Shown here in pieces: positions 36,039-44,763 of a stretch of DNA of 64,000 nt; positions within the stretch are counted from its first letter, which is position 1, and each line of letters begins with the position of its first letter. Under the pieces are notes generated by a model, which saw nothing but the letters and a program-made list of their open reading frames with translations, was not told where the DNA came from and did no database searches. Source of the DNA: Rhodospirillaceae bacterium (lineage in GTDB: Bacteria; Pseudomonadota; Alphaproteobacteria; Rhodospirillales; Casp-alpha2); assembly GCA_016845145.1 (NCBI GenBank), contig JAERTE010000098.1, positions 8,889 to 72,888 on the forward strand, read 5' to 3'. Both the position numbers and the translations under genes were made by a program.

Positions 36039-38615
36039 TCAGGCCGCTTCGCGGCGTCGGCGTTGCAACAGAATTATCAGTCCCAAGAGCAAGATCGCAG
36101 GGATATACATCCATTGTTTGGCAGGTCGGTCCGCCTTTTTCAAAACACCGGCGATCTCCCAATCCAGGTCGATCTTCTGCTTTTCGGCGGCACTGCCGAA
36201 GACCACATTATCAACCATCATCTTGTCGCCGTCGCGGCGCAGTTCCAAACCGGCCTTGAGCATGCGCTCTTTCCCGGTTTTGGCATCGCCCACGGGCAGC
36301 ATGACAACTTTGTCGATTTCATTGTCATTGAGATCGAGGCCCTTGACCCTGACCTGAATTTGCGCACCCGCCGATAGGCTTTCAGCCGCCTCGTAGATTT
36401 GCGCCGCCGGCACTGCCTCCAGAGGCGGGTATGCCTTATCCATAAAGTATCCAGGCCGGAAAAAGATGAACGCGACAGCCAACAGCACCAGAGACTCCCA
36501 TAGCCGGCTCTTGGTCAGAAAGAACCCTTGCGTCGCCGCAGCAAACACCAGCATGGCCGCAACAGCGACCACAACCGTCATGATCAGATGTACCGGCCCT
36601 TCGATACCGATCATCAGCAGTTCGGTATTGAAGATGAACAGGAACGGCAAGATGGCTGTCCTGATATCGTAAGTGAAACCTTGTATACCGGTGCGTATGG
36701 GATCACCGCCCGATATGGCGGCAGCGGCAAAAGCCGCCAGCCCCACGGGTGGCGTATCATCGGCCAGGATACCGAAGTAAAAGACGAACATATGCACCGC
36801 GATCAGCGGCACGATGAGGCCGTTCTCGGCACCCAACTGCACCACCACCGGCGCCATCAGCGACGAAACAACGATGTAGTTGGCCGTGGTCGGCAGACCC
36901 ATGCCGAGTATCAAGCTAATCACGGCGGTGAACAGCAAGATGAGCATCAGATGCCCGCCCGAGATCACCTCAATGAACTCAACCATGACCTGACCAATAC
37001 CCGTCAGCGTGATGGTACCGACAACAATACCGGCCGTAGCCGTTGCGACGCCGATGCCGATCATGTTGCGCGCACCTGAAACCAAACCGTCAAACAGGTC
37101 TGTCAGGCCCTCGGTGAAGCGCATCGCCATATCGGACCCCTGGCCCCGAAAGATCGCCAATAGGGGTTTGTGCGCGACCACAACAAACATCATAAAGGCA
37201 GCCGCCCAGAACGCCGATAAGCCCGGCGACAGTCGCTCCACCGTCAGGCACCAAACCAGCACGACGACGGGCAACAAGTAGTAAAGTCCCACTTTGATCG
37301 TTGGTCCGGGTTCGGGCAGAACCTCAATATCGTCGGTCATTGCTAGGTCGGGGTAGCCCGACGCGAATTTAACCAATCCAATGAAGGCGATAATCAACAA
37401 CAACGTCGATACAAATGGCGTTGCCTCGCCAGATACATCCTTGATCCAGCCAAGCCCGTAATAGACCGCACCCGACAGAACCATCAATCCGATGATCGTC
37501 ATCAGAAATGACAGAAGACTTTGCATCCAAGACCGCTCTGTAAGGCGCGGCAATCCCTTCATGTCGGCTTTCATCGCTTCGAGATGAACGATGTAAACCA
37601 ATGCTATGTAGGAGATAATTGCCGGCAAGAAAGCATGCTTGATCACTTCCACGTAGGATATTCCAACGTACTCCACCATCAGGAACGCCGCCGCCCCCAT
37701 GATCGGCGGGGTCAACTGACCGTTGGTTGATGAAGCCACTTCAACAGCGCCTGCTTTCTCGGCTGGAAAACCCACTTTGCGCATGAGCGGAATGGTAAAG
37801 GTACCAGTGGTGACCACGTTAGCGATCGACGAGCCGGAAACCAGCCCGGTCATACCCGAAGACACCACAGCCGCCTTTGCCGGGCCGCCACGCATATGGC
37901 CGAGCAATGCAAAAGCAACCTGAATGAAGTAATTGCCGGCGCCGGCCTTCTCCAGCATGGAGCCGAACAATACAAACAAGAATACCATAGACGTTGAAAC
38001 GCCCAACGCGATGCCGAATACGCCTTCGGTGGTCAACCAATAGTGCGACATACCTTTGTTCAGGCTGGCACCTTTGTGGGCGATCACATCCGGCATGTGC
38101 GGACCGGCAAACGTGTAAATCAGAAAAACAATGGCGACGACCATCAACGGCGGGCCGAGTGCCCGGCGGGTGGCCTCAAGCAGAACAACAATACCGATTG
38201 CCGCAATGATGACATCTTGCTTGATCGGCGCGCCAGGACGGTCTGCCAGATCCGCGTAGAACAAATACAGATAACCGGCGCAAAAGGCGCCAATCAAGGC
38301 CAACGCCCAATCAAGAGCGGGAATACGGTCGCGCGGCGAGCGCTTGGTCGCGGGGAAAGCGAGGAATGTCAGGAAAATGGCGAACGCCAAATGAATGGAG
38401 CGGGCTTGATTGCCGTCCAGAATGAAAACTCTCAGCATTGTCGGTAGTGGTGACGAATACCAGAGTTGGAACAAGCTCCATATCAAGGGAATGACCCAAA
38501 GCACGTGATATGAAAAACCGATCGGCGCCCGAGCGCCTGTATCGGCTTCCGCGATCATATCGTCCAATACCTGCTCGTCCGAACCCTTGCCGCTAATTTC
38601 GGATTGCTCACCCAT
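36039..38615 (-). CDS. TAXI-type TRAP transporter fused permease, long form with C-terminal soluble extension plus terminal TM
   Basis: 858 aa and polytopic. ATG preceded by GGAGGG. C-terminal extension of about 130 aa (DUF3394-like, from memory) ending in a TM helix. Confidence 0.85.
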   Translation of the reverse strand: MGEQSEISGKGSDEQVLDDMIAEADTGARAPIGFSYHVLWVIPLIWSLFQLWYSSPLPTMLRVFILDGNQARSIHLAFAIFLTFLAFPATKRSPRDRIPALDWALALIGAFCAGYLYLFYADLADRPGAPIKQDVIIAAIGIVVLLEATRRALGPPLMVVAIVFLIYTFAGPHMPDVIAHKGASLNKGMSHYWLTTEGVFGIALGVSTSMVFLFVLFGSMLEKAGAGNYFIQVAFALLGHMRGGPAKAAVVSSGMTGLVSGSSIANVVTTGTFTIPLMRKVGFPAEKAGAVEVASSTNGQLTPPIMGAAAFLMVEYVGISYVEVIKHAFLPAIISYIALVYIVHLEAMKADMKGLPRLTERSWMQSLLSFLMTIIGLMVLSGAVYYGLGWIKDVSGEATPFVSTLLLIIAFIGLVKFASGYPDLAMTDDIEVLPEPGPTIKVGLYYLLPVVVLVWCLTVERLSPGLSAFWAAAFMMFVVVAHKPLLAIFRGQGSDMAMRFTEGLTDLFDGLVSGARNMIGIGVATATAGIVVGTITLTGIGQVMVEFIEVISGGHLMLILLFTAVISLILGMGLPTTANYIVVSSLMAPVVVQLGAENGLIVPLIAVHMFVFYFGILADDTPPVGLAAFAAAAISGGDPIRTGIQGFTYDIRTAILPFLFIFNTELLMIGIEGPVHLIMTVVVAVAAMLVFAAATQGFFLTKSRLWESLVLLAVAFIFFRPGYFMDKAYPPLEAVPAAQIYEAAESLSAGAQIQVRVKGLDLNDNEIDKVVMLPVGDAKTGKERMLKAGLELRRDGDKMMVDNVVFGSAAEKQKIDLDWEIAGVLKKADRPAKQWMYIPAILLLGLIILLQRRRREAA

Positions 38616-38639
38616 GGCGCCCTCCAGATTTTCATTCGT

Positions 38640-38703
38640 GGCGGCATTCTTCGTGCCGCCTTGAAGACAAGAAAAAGAGGCGGGATGACCTGCACCCCGC
38701 CCC
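38640..38703 (-). terminator. Two intercistronic hairpins between TAXI receptor and permease genes; the first is followed by a U-run (attenuator-like)
   Basis: On the minus strand: GGCGGG-gugcaggucau-CCCGCC then UCUUUUU (38701 down to 38672), followed by GGCGGCA-cgaagaa-UGCCGCC (38660 down to 38640). Confidence 0.45.
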
Positions 38704-38712
38704 TATGGCTGA

Positions 38713-39696
38713 TTACATTAAGCCGGCTTCCTTGAAGTACTTGGCGGCACCGTCATGCAGCGGCGCGGACAAGCTGTCTTTGACCATTTCCTCTTTCTTC
38801 AAAACGGCAAAGGCCGGGTGCAGTTTCTTGAACGTGTCGAAGTTCGTGAACACGGACTTAACCACCGTATAGACGACATCCGCCGGCAAAGCGGTTGAAG
38901 ACACGAACGTCGCACCGACACCGAAGGTCTTGGTGTCATTCGGGTTGCCGCGATACATGCCGCCCGGAATCGTCGCGTAGCGGTAGAAGGAATTATCCTT
39001 CACCAGCTTGTCGATCACGGGTCCCGTGACATTCACCAACGACGCGTCACAAGAGGTCGTTGCTTCTTTGGTGTTGCCCGATGGGTGACCAACGAGCCAG
39101 AAGAAAGCATCGATCTGGTTGTCACAGAGCTTCTGCGATTGCTCTGCCGATTTGAAACCGGTAGCCAATTTCAAATCGCTCTTGCGGTTCCAGCCGAGTG
39201 CGGCTTCCAAAACCTCCCAAGTCGCCCGCGTACCGGAGCCAGGGTTGCCGATGTTCAAGCGGTTGCCCTTCACTTGGGAAATGTTGGTAATGCCCGACTC
39301 TTTACGCGCCACCATGGTCACCGGCTCAGGATGTACGGAGAATACCGCACGTAAGGCCTTGAATGGACCAGCGGACTTGAACTTCGACGAGCCATGATAA
39401 GCATGGTACTGCCAATCGGATTGGGCGACGCCCATATCCAATTCACCGGCTTTGATGGTATTGATGTTGTAGACAGAGCCGCCGGTTGATTCCACCGAGC
39501 AACGCAGACCGTGCGCCTTGCGGCCTTTGTTGACCAAACGGCAGATGGATGCGCCAGTCGGATAATAGACGCCGGTAACGCCGCCTGTACCAATCGAGAT
39601 AAACCGCTTTTTAGCGGCTTCCGCCGTACCCGAGCCAACCGTCAATGACAGACCGGCAAACGCAACAGCGGCAATGAGAAGTTTATTGTACGTCAT
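38713..39696 (-). CDS. TAXI family TRAP transporter solute receptor
   Basis: 327 aa. Signal peptide [31 protein letters not shown]02122-like core [19 protein letters not shown] preceded by AAGGAGG. Confidence 0.88.
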   Translation of the reverse strand: MTYNKLLIAAVAFAGLSLTVGSGTAEAAKKRFISIGTGGVTGVYYPTGASICRLVNKGRKAHGLRCSVESTGGSVYNINTIKAGELDMGVAQSDWQYHAYHGSSKFKSAGPFKALRAVFSVHPEPVTMVARKESGITNISQVKGNRLNIGNPGSGTRATWEVLEAALGWNRKSDLKLATGFKSAEQSQKLCDNQIDAFFWLVGHPSGNTKEATTSCDASLVNVTGPVIDKLVKDNSFYRYATIPGGMYRGNPNDTKTFGVGATFVSSTALPADVVYTVVKSVFTNFDTFKKLHPAFAVLKKEEMVKDSLSAPLHDGAAKYFKEAGLM

Positions 39697-39941
39697 AGTT
39701 GGAGCCTCCTTGAGTGTTGCTTCCTAGTTTGTGAACGCGCATGAACCTGGCGGTTCTTTCCGGTAGCGGAACCCGAAGGGCCCTACGATACTGCCGCCGG
39801 AAGCCGCGCGATAACCGCCCGGCCATGGTTTCCGTCGGATTGCTCCAACGGACAAGGTCGTCCGACCGGATTGGCAACCGCCAGTCCTTGCGCATGGACG
39901 CACGACCCGAAATTCCAATGCTATCGTATTCATCATCTGCA
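39697..39941 (-). promoter_or_regulatory. Candidate structured 5' leader / cis-regulatory RNA upstream of the TAXI receptor gene (class not recognised)
   Basis: 245-nt non-coding spacer. A 9-bp long-range helix CUGGCGGUU (39884-39876) / AACCGCCAG (39755-39747) encloses three hairpins found by hand folding. Confidence 0.3.
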
Positions 39942-41276
39942 TCATAACCCTGTATTGGCCAGCGCTGCATCAACGGATTTTCCGAGCTTGTCTGTAAGCT
40001 CATCCAATTGTGCCGGAGATATAATGAACGGTGGCGCTAAAAGCACATGATCGCCACGCGCTCCATCGACCGTGCCGCCGCTGGGGTAGCAGATCAAACC
40101 GTTCTCCATGGCACTCGCCTTTATGCGTGCGTGTAGCTTCAATGACGGATCAAACGGCTCTTTGGTGGTGCGATCTGCGACCAGCTCAATGGCCTGAAAC
40201 AACCCACGCCCGCGAATATCGCCGATATTCGGATGGTTGCCGAACCGACCGTACAGACGCTCAGTCAATTGTTCTCCGCGTTCACGCACCTGCGCCAATA
40301 GGCCTTGGTCGCGGATTTTCGTTTGCACCGCCAAGGCCCCTGCACATGCCGCTGCGTGGCCGAGGTATGTATGGCCATGCTGGAACAATCCACTACCGTC
40401 TTTGAACGCAGCATAAACTTTATCAGTCGCCATGGTCGCTCCGATGGGTTGGTAGCCAGCACCCAGCCCCTTCGCGATACAGACGATATCCGGAACAATG
40501 TCGTCCTGTTCACAGGCGAATAGCGTACCCGTGCGCCCCATGCCGCACATGACTTCGTCAAGGATCAACAGCACGCCGTATTGGTCGCAAATCTCGCGGA
40601 TGCGTTTGAAATACCCTTCCACAGGCGGAAGCACACCTGCAGTCGCTCCACCGACGGTTTCAGCAATGAAAGCCGCCACATTTTCCGGTCCCAGGCGCAA
40701 AATTTCCGTTTCCAGCTCATTGGCGATGCGCAGGCCGTATTCCACCTCGGATTCGTCATCGCGACGCTCGCGGTAGGCATAACACGGTGCGATGTGACTG
40801 GTTTCAACCAGCATTTCCTTGAACGGTTCGCGACGCCAGACATTTCCGCCCACCGAAAGCGCCCCAACCGTATTGCCGTGATAACTCTGACGGCGGGCAA
40901 TAAAACGTGTGCGTTTGTTATCGCCACGTTCGAGATGGTATTGGCGGGCCATTTTCAAAGCGGCCTCGACCGCCTCCGATCCGCCGGAGAGAAAATACGC
41001 CATGGAAACGTCGCCCGGCGCCGAGCGGGCCAGGAGATCCGCAAGCTGTTCGGCGGGTTCCGACGTAAAGAACGCCGTATGCGCGAACGCCAGGGTATCG
41101 AGCTGCGTCTTCAGCGCGGCAATAACATCGGGGTCGCCGTGCCCGAGACACGACACTGCAGCACCACCCGACGCATCAAGATAACGCTTGCCGTCGGAAT
41201 CGATAAGATAGGCGCCCTCGCCGCCCACGGCCCGCGGCAATTCGGCACTCAGCTGGCGGTGAAATACGTGGGTCAT
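39942..41276 (-). CDS. Class-III (omega-type) pyridoxal-phosphate aminotransferase
   Basis: 444 aa, aspartate aminotransferase fold type I, class III pattern. Contains SGGSEAVEAALKMAR and LLILDEVMCGMGRTG. Confidence 0.88.
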   Translation of the reverse strand: MTHVFHRQLSAELPRAVGGEGAYLIDSDGKRYLDASGGAAVSCLGHGDPDVIAALKTQLDTLAFAHTAFFTSEPAEQLADLLARSAPGDVSMAYFLSGGSEAVEAALKMARQYHLERGDNKRTRFIARRQSYHGNTVGALSVGGNVWRREPFKEMLVETSHIAPCYAYRERRDDESEVEYGLRIANELETEILRLGPENVAAFIAETVGGATAGVLPPVEGYFKRIREICDQYGVLLILDEVMCGMGRTGTLFACEQDDIVPDIVCIAKGLGAGYQPIGATMATDKVYAAFKDGSGLFQHGHTYLGHAAACAGALAVQTKIRDQGLLAQVRERGEQLTERLYGRFGNHPNIGDIRGRGLFQAIELVADRTTKEPFDPSLKLHARIKASAMENGLICYPSGGTVDGARGDHVLLAPPFIISPAQLDELTDKLGKSVDAALANTGL

Positions 41277-42184
41277 GAGTTCCTCGCTTCACGCCGCTCG
41301 GTACCTTGCTGGATGCTGCGCCAATAGGCATTGAACTGGTTCAATTGATCTTCACTCTCTGAAATAGCCTTGAGCGCGGTGCTCCCGCCACGCGCGACCA
41401 TCAAAGCCATCAATGCCTCCGTGGCCGATAGCGCTGGGGCAAGCGAATGAAAAAAAGACGGGCTCTCGTTTTCGATCAGCAAAACGTGCTTGGCATGGCG
41501 CGCCAAAGGCGAGACCAAGCTATCGGTAATCACCACGGCAACACCGCCGCGCGAATGGGCGTATTCCACCGCGGCCACCGTTTCACGGGTATAGGGCTCG
41601 AAACTGACGGCAACGAGAACGTCGGAATCGGTGATGTTGCGTAACTCGTCTGTAAAAGTACCGCCCTGGGCATGCAGCAGCACGCCGTTGTCGCGGAAGA
41701 CCCGGTAAACGTAGTGGAAAAAGAACGCGACGGGGTAGCAGCTTCTCAACCCAGCGATATAGACCCGCTCGCCAGCAAGAATTTCTTCCGCCGCAGCATC
41801 GAAACGCTCGGCACCGTTGATTTCAAACGAATGGCGCAAATTCGAGAGGCCATTTTCCATGACTTCAGCAACCAGATCGCCAGGGCCGCCGGAACCGCCA
41901 GCGCGAACTTGCAACTCCCTGGCCCGGCGCGCGTAGTCAGATGTGTGGCCACGCAACCGTTTTTGAAATAACACCCGGAACGAATTGAAACTATCGAAAT
42001 CAAATCGCCGCGCCAGACGCACCATGGTCGTCGGATGAACGCCGGCATTGGCCGCCAAACCCCGCATGGACAACAACGCCACATCATCCGGTCGGTCCAG
42101 CACATGACGCGCCGCCAGCTGTAGCTGCGGACTTAAGCCCGGAAAGCCATCGGCAATCGCCTTGGAAAGTGCCGCGTAATCCAT
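41273..42184 (-). CDS. MurR/RpiR family transcriptional regulator (HTH + SIS domain)
   Basis: 303 aa. N-terminal HTH_6-like LSMRGLAANAGVHPTTMVRLARRF and a C-terminal SIS domain. The stop overlaps the aminotransferase ATG (ATGA). Confidence 0.85.
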   Translation of the reverse strand: MDYAALSKAIADGFPGLSPQLQLAARHVLDRPDDVALLSMRGLAANAGVHPTTMVRLARRFDFDSFNSFRVLFQKRLRGHTSDYARRARELQVRAGGSGGPGDLVAEVMENGLSNLRHSFEINGAERFDAAAEEILAGERVYIAGLRSCYPVAFFFHYVYRVFRDNGVLLHAQGGTFTDELRNITDSDVLVAVSFEPYTRETVAAVEYAHSRGGVAVVITDSLVSPLARHAKHVLLIENESPSFFHSLAPALSATEALMALMVARGGSTALKAISESEDQLNQFNAYWRSIQQGTERREARNS

Positions 42185-42400
42185 CCCTGTCGAAATCCCG
42201 TTTTTGCCGCCCGAATTGTTTTTCAGGCCGGGCTTTTCATTGCGTGAAATAGACTTGCAGAATTTGATACAAAGCGCAACAAGGCATTTGAAAACGAAAC
42301 ATATGTATCATTTGCGAGTGTGCATTGTCGCAGCCGAACGCAGCAGTTACGATGCCGCGCTTTATGCCATTACTCCCACCGCAAACATGCACTGACCACC

Positions 42401-42425
42401 AGAGAGCCCAGAAAGAGAGCCCAGA
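42401..42425. repeat. 13-nt direct repeat AGAGAGCCCAGA(A/G) x2 just upstream of apt
   Basis: AGAGAGCCCAGAA AGAGAGCCCAGA, ending 9 nt before the apt ATG. Confidence 0.7.
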
Positions 42426-42433
42426 GACATACC

Positions 42434-42949
42434 ATGGACCTTAAGGAATACATTCGTTCGATTCCGGATTTCCCAAAACCGGGTATCCTTTTTTACGATA
42501 TCTCCACATTGCTAGCTCACGCCGATGCTTGGCAAGTGGCTTTGGCACGCTTGGCGCGGATCGTCTCCAGGCACCAACCTGACATCTTGGCGGGAATCGA
42601 ATCACGAGGCTTCCTTGTGGCCGCTCCCTTGGCATCGCGCCTAGGGCTTGGCTTCACCATGGTGCGGAAAAAAGGCAAATTGCCCGGTAACGTCATTTCC
42701 CACGAATACGATTTGGAATATGGCACCGATATCATTGAAATCCAGGACGATGCCGTCCACCCCGGCCAACGGGTCGTGATATTGGACGATTTGCTGGCCA
42801 CTGGCGGCACCATGGCCGCGTCGGTTGATTTGTTTGGCAAAGTCGGCGCTGAGGTCGTAGGCGCCGCCTGTATTATCGAACTCTCATTCCTGGGGGCACA
42901 AGAGAAACTCAATATGCCATTCGATGCCCTGATCTCCTACGATTCCTGA
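42434..42949 (+). CDS. apt: Adenine phosphoribosyltransferase
   Basis: From the ATG at 42434: [24 protein letters not shown]... PRPP motif [13 protein letters not shown]. Confidence 0.93.
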   Translation: MDLKEYIRSIPDFPKPGILFYDISTLLAHADAWQVALARLARIVSRHQPDILAGIESRGFLVAAPLASRLGLGFTMVRKKGKLPGNVISHEYDLEYGTDIIEIQDDAVHPGQRVVILDDLLATGGTMAASVDLFGKVGAEVVGAACIIELSFLGAQEKLNMPFDALISYDS

Positions 42950-42967
42950 GCACCGACAGCCAAGATA

Positions 42968-44068
42968 TCAAAATCTGGCGGCAGCCACATGCCGCGCAAC
43001 TTTTTTCATCGCAGTAGGCAGCGCCAGCCCACCGAAATCGTCGGGCTGGCACCAACGCATATTGTCGCCCTCGTGCGTCGTCTGACCGCCAATTACTGTG
43101 AGATGCAGTCGAAAATGCGTGAAGATGTGTTCGACGCGGCCTGGTAGTTCCCGCCAATCCGCATCCATCGGCGCATAGGCTTCAATTTCCGGTGCAGCCG
43201 GCGGCAGTTCTTCCCAGGGTGTTGAAGGGAATTCCATCATCCCGCCCAAGAGCCCTCGCTCCGGGCGCCTGCGCACCAACACCGCACCATCGGGGCGCTG
43301 CAACCAGAACACGACGCCATGGCGCGTGGGCCGCGCTTTTTTCGGCGCCCTGATGGGAAAGCGCGCAGGATCATCAGACCCACGCGCCGCGCAACCATTG
43401 CCGAGCGGGCAGTTCCCGCAGTCCGGAGCCTTAGGTCGGCACACGGTCGCTCCCAAGTCCATCATCGCCTGGGCAAAATCGCCGGCACGTTGATCGGGCG
43501 TCAATGTCTCGGCGATGCGGTGGATTTCCGGCTTGGCTTTCGGCAGAGGCGTTTCGATTGCGGACAATCTCGATACCACGCGTTCAATGTTGCCATCCAC
43601 CGGCGTTGCCTTTTCCCCGAACGCAATGGCCGCCACGGCGGCAGCCGTATAGGGTCCGATTCCCGGCAATGTTGCCAATTCCGCTTCGGAAGCGGGAAAG
43701 CTGCCGCCATGCACCGTCACGACCGCGATGGCGCATTTATGGAGATTGCGTGCCCGCGAGTAATAACCAAGCCCCTGCCAGGCGTGCAGGACATCATCGA
43801 GATCGGCTGCTGCGAGATCATTGATCGTCGGCCAGCGTGCCACAAAATTGCCGAAATACGATGTCACGGTCGCCACCGTGGTTTGTTGCAACATAATCTC
43901 GGATAGCCAGATGCGGTACGGATCGGCCTTCTCGCCCGAATTCTCACGCCCAGGCTTTGCACGCCCAGGCTTTACACGCCAAGGCAGGTCGCGCGCGTTG
44001 GCGTCGTACCACGCCAACAATCGAGCCGACATACGTTCAGGGACGAGCATGAGCGGTGCAGAGGTCAT
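42968..44068 (-). CDS. mutY: A/G-specific adenine DNA glycosylase MutY
   Basis: HhH-GPD core (WLSEIMLQQTTVATV, LPGIGPYTAAAV). 4Fe-4S loop CRPKAPDCGNCPLGNGC. C-terminal NUDIX-like domain. The start at 44068 or 44050 is preferred over 44125. Confidence 0.9.
   Translation of the reverse strand: MTSAPLMLVPERMSARLLAWYDANARDLPWRVKPGRAKPGRENSGEKADPYRIWLSEIMLQQTTVATVTSYFGNFVARWPTINDLAAADLDDVLHAWQGLGYYSRARNLHKCAIAVVTVHGGSFPASEAELATLPGIGPYTAAAVAAIAFGEKATPVDGNIERVVSRLSAIETPLPKAKPEIHRIAETLTPDQRAGDFAQAMMDLGATVCRPKAPDCGNCPLGNGCAARGSDDPARFPIRAPKKARPTRHGVVFWLQRPDGAVLVRRRPERGLLGGMMEFPSTPWEELPPAAPEIEAYAPMDADWRELPGRVEHIFTHFRLHLTVIGGQTTHEGDNMRWCQPDDFGGLALPTAMKKVARHVAAARF
43945..43989. repeat. 15-nt in-frame tandem repeat (2 near-perfect copies plus 1 degenerate copy) inside mutY
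   Basis: CACGCCCAGGCTTTG / CACGCCCAGGCTTTA / CACGCCAAGGCAGGT on the + strand. It encodes LPWRV-KPGRA-KPGRE. Confidence 0.8.
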
Positions 44069-44106
44069 ATTGTTAATCCCGGAACCCGAGCCTACCATGA
44101 GCCGCC

Positions 44107-44652
44107 ATGACCAAACAGCCCGCATACCGCAAATACAAGACGCCCGAGCGGCGAAACCGCACCGAGTTCCTCGGCAAAAGCGTCGGGCGGCTTACCAAGC
44201 CGCTGTTCGGCCGGCGCGGCATGGCCGATGGCGCCATTGTTCGCGACTGGCCGACGAGCGCCGGCGAGGCCATCGCCAAACACAGCCAACCGGAAAAAAT
44301 CACCTATCCGGGACGCGAGCGTTCTGGCGGCATGTTGCACCTACGTGTCGACAATTCCGCCATGGCCACCCAATTGCAACATCTCGAGCCGCAATTGCTG
44401 GAACGCATCAACGGCCATTTCGGTTATCGTGCCGTCGCTCGCCTGCGCTTTATTCATGGGCCCTTGCCAAAGCCGTTCGTCACGGCGCGGAAGGCCAAAA
44501 CCCACGAGACATCACCGGCAAGAAAACGGGAGTTGGCGCATACTCTGGACAGCGTCGACGACCCCGAATTGCGCCGCGCTCTAGAGAAATTAGGCGAGGC
44601 TCTACCCGAAACCAAACCAGACTCAAAACCGGAATCGGAGTCGAATTCCTGA
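44107..44652 (+). CDS. DUF721 (DciA-like) protein
   Basis: 181 aa. DUF721 pattern: IVRDWPTSAGEAIAKHSQPEKI...GMLHLRVDNSAMATQLQHLEPQLLERINGHFG. Divergent from mutY by 38 bp. Confidence 0.75.
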   Translation: MTKQPAYRKYKTPERRNRTEFLGKSVGRLTKPLFGRRGMADGAIVRDWPTSAGEAIAKHSQPEKITYPGRERSGGMLHLRVDNSAMATQLQHLEPQLLERINGHFGYRAVARLRFIHGPLPKPFVTARKAKTHETSPARKRELAHTLDSVDDPELRRALEKLGEALPETKPDSKPESESNS

Positions 44653-44763
44653 TTGTATCCCCAACTTTTTCTCTTACCTGGGGAAAACTTGGTGTGAAAA
44701 GGAGTCGACTCTACGCTTTGCACGATTCTATATTCACCAACATCTAGTGGCTAGGAGGGTTCC

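Noticed and set aside
39880-39911. GGGUCGUG...ACUGGCG in the TAXI leader resembles the 5' part of the ZTP (pfl) riboswitch.
   Set aside because: The 3' CCGCCUGGGC pseudoknot partner and the P2 GGUGG/CCAC element are missing. The downstream genes are not purine or folate genes.
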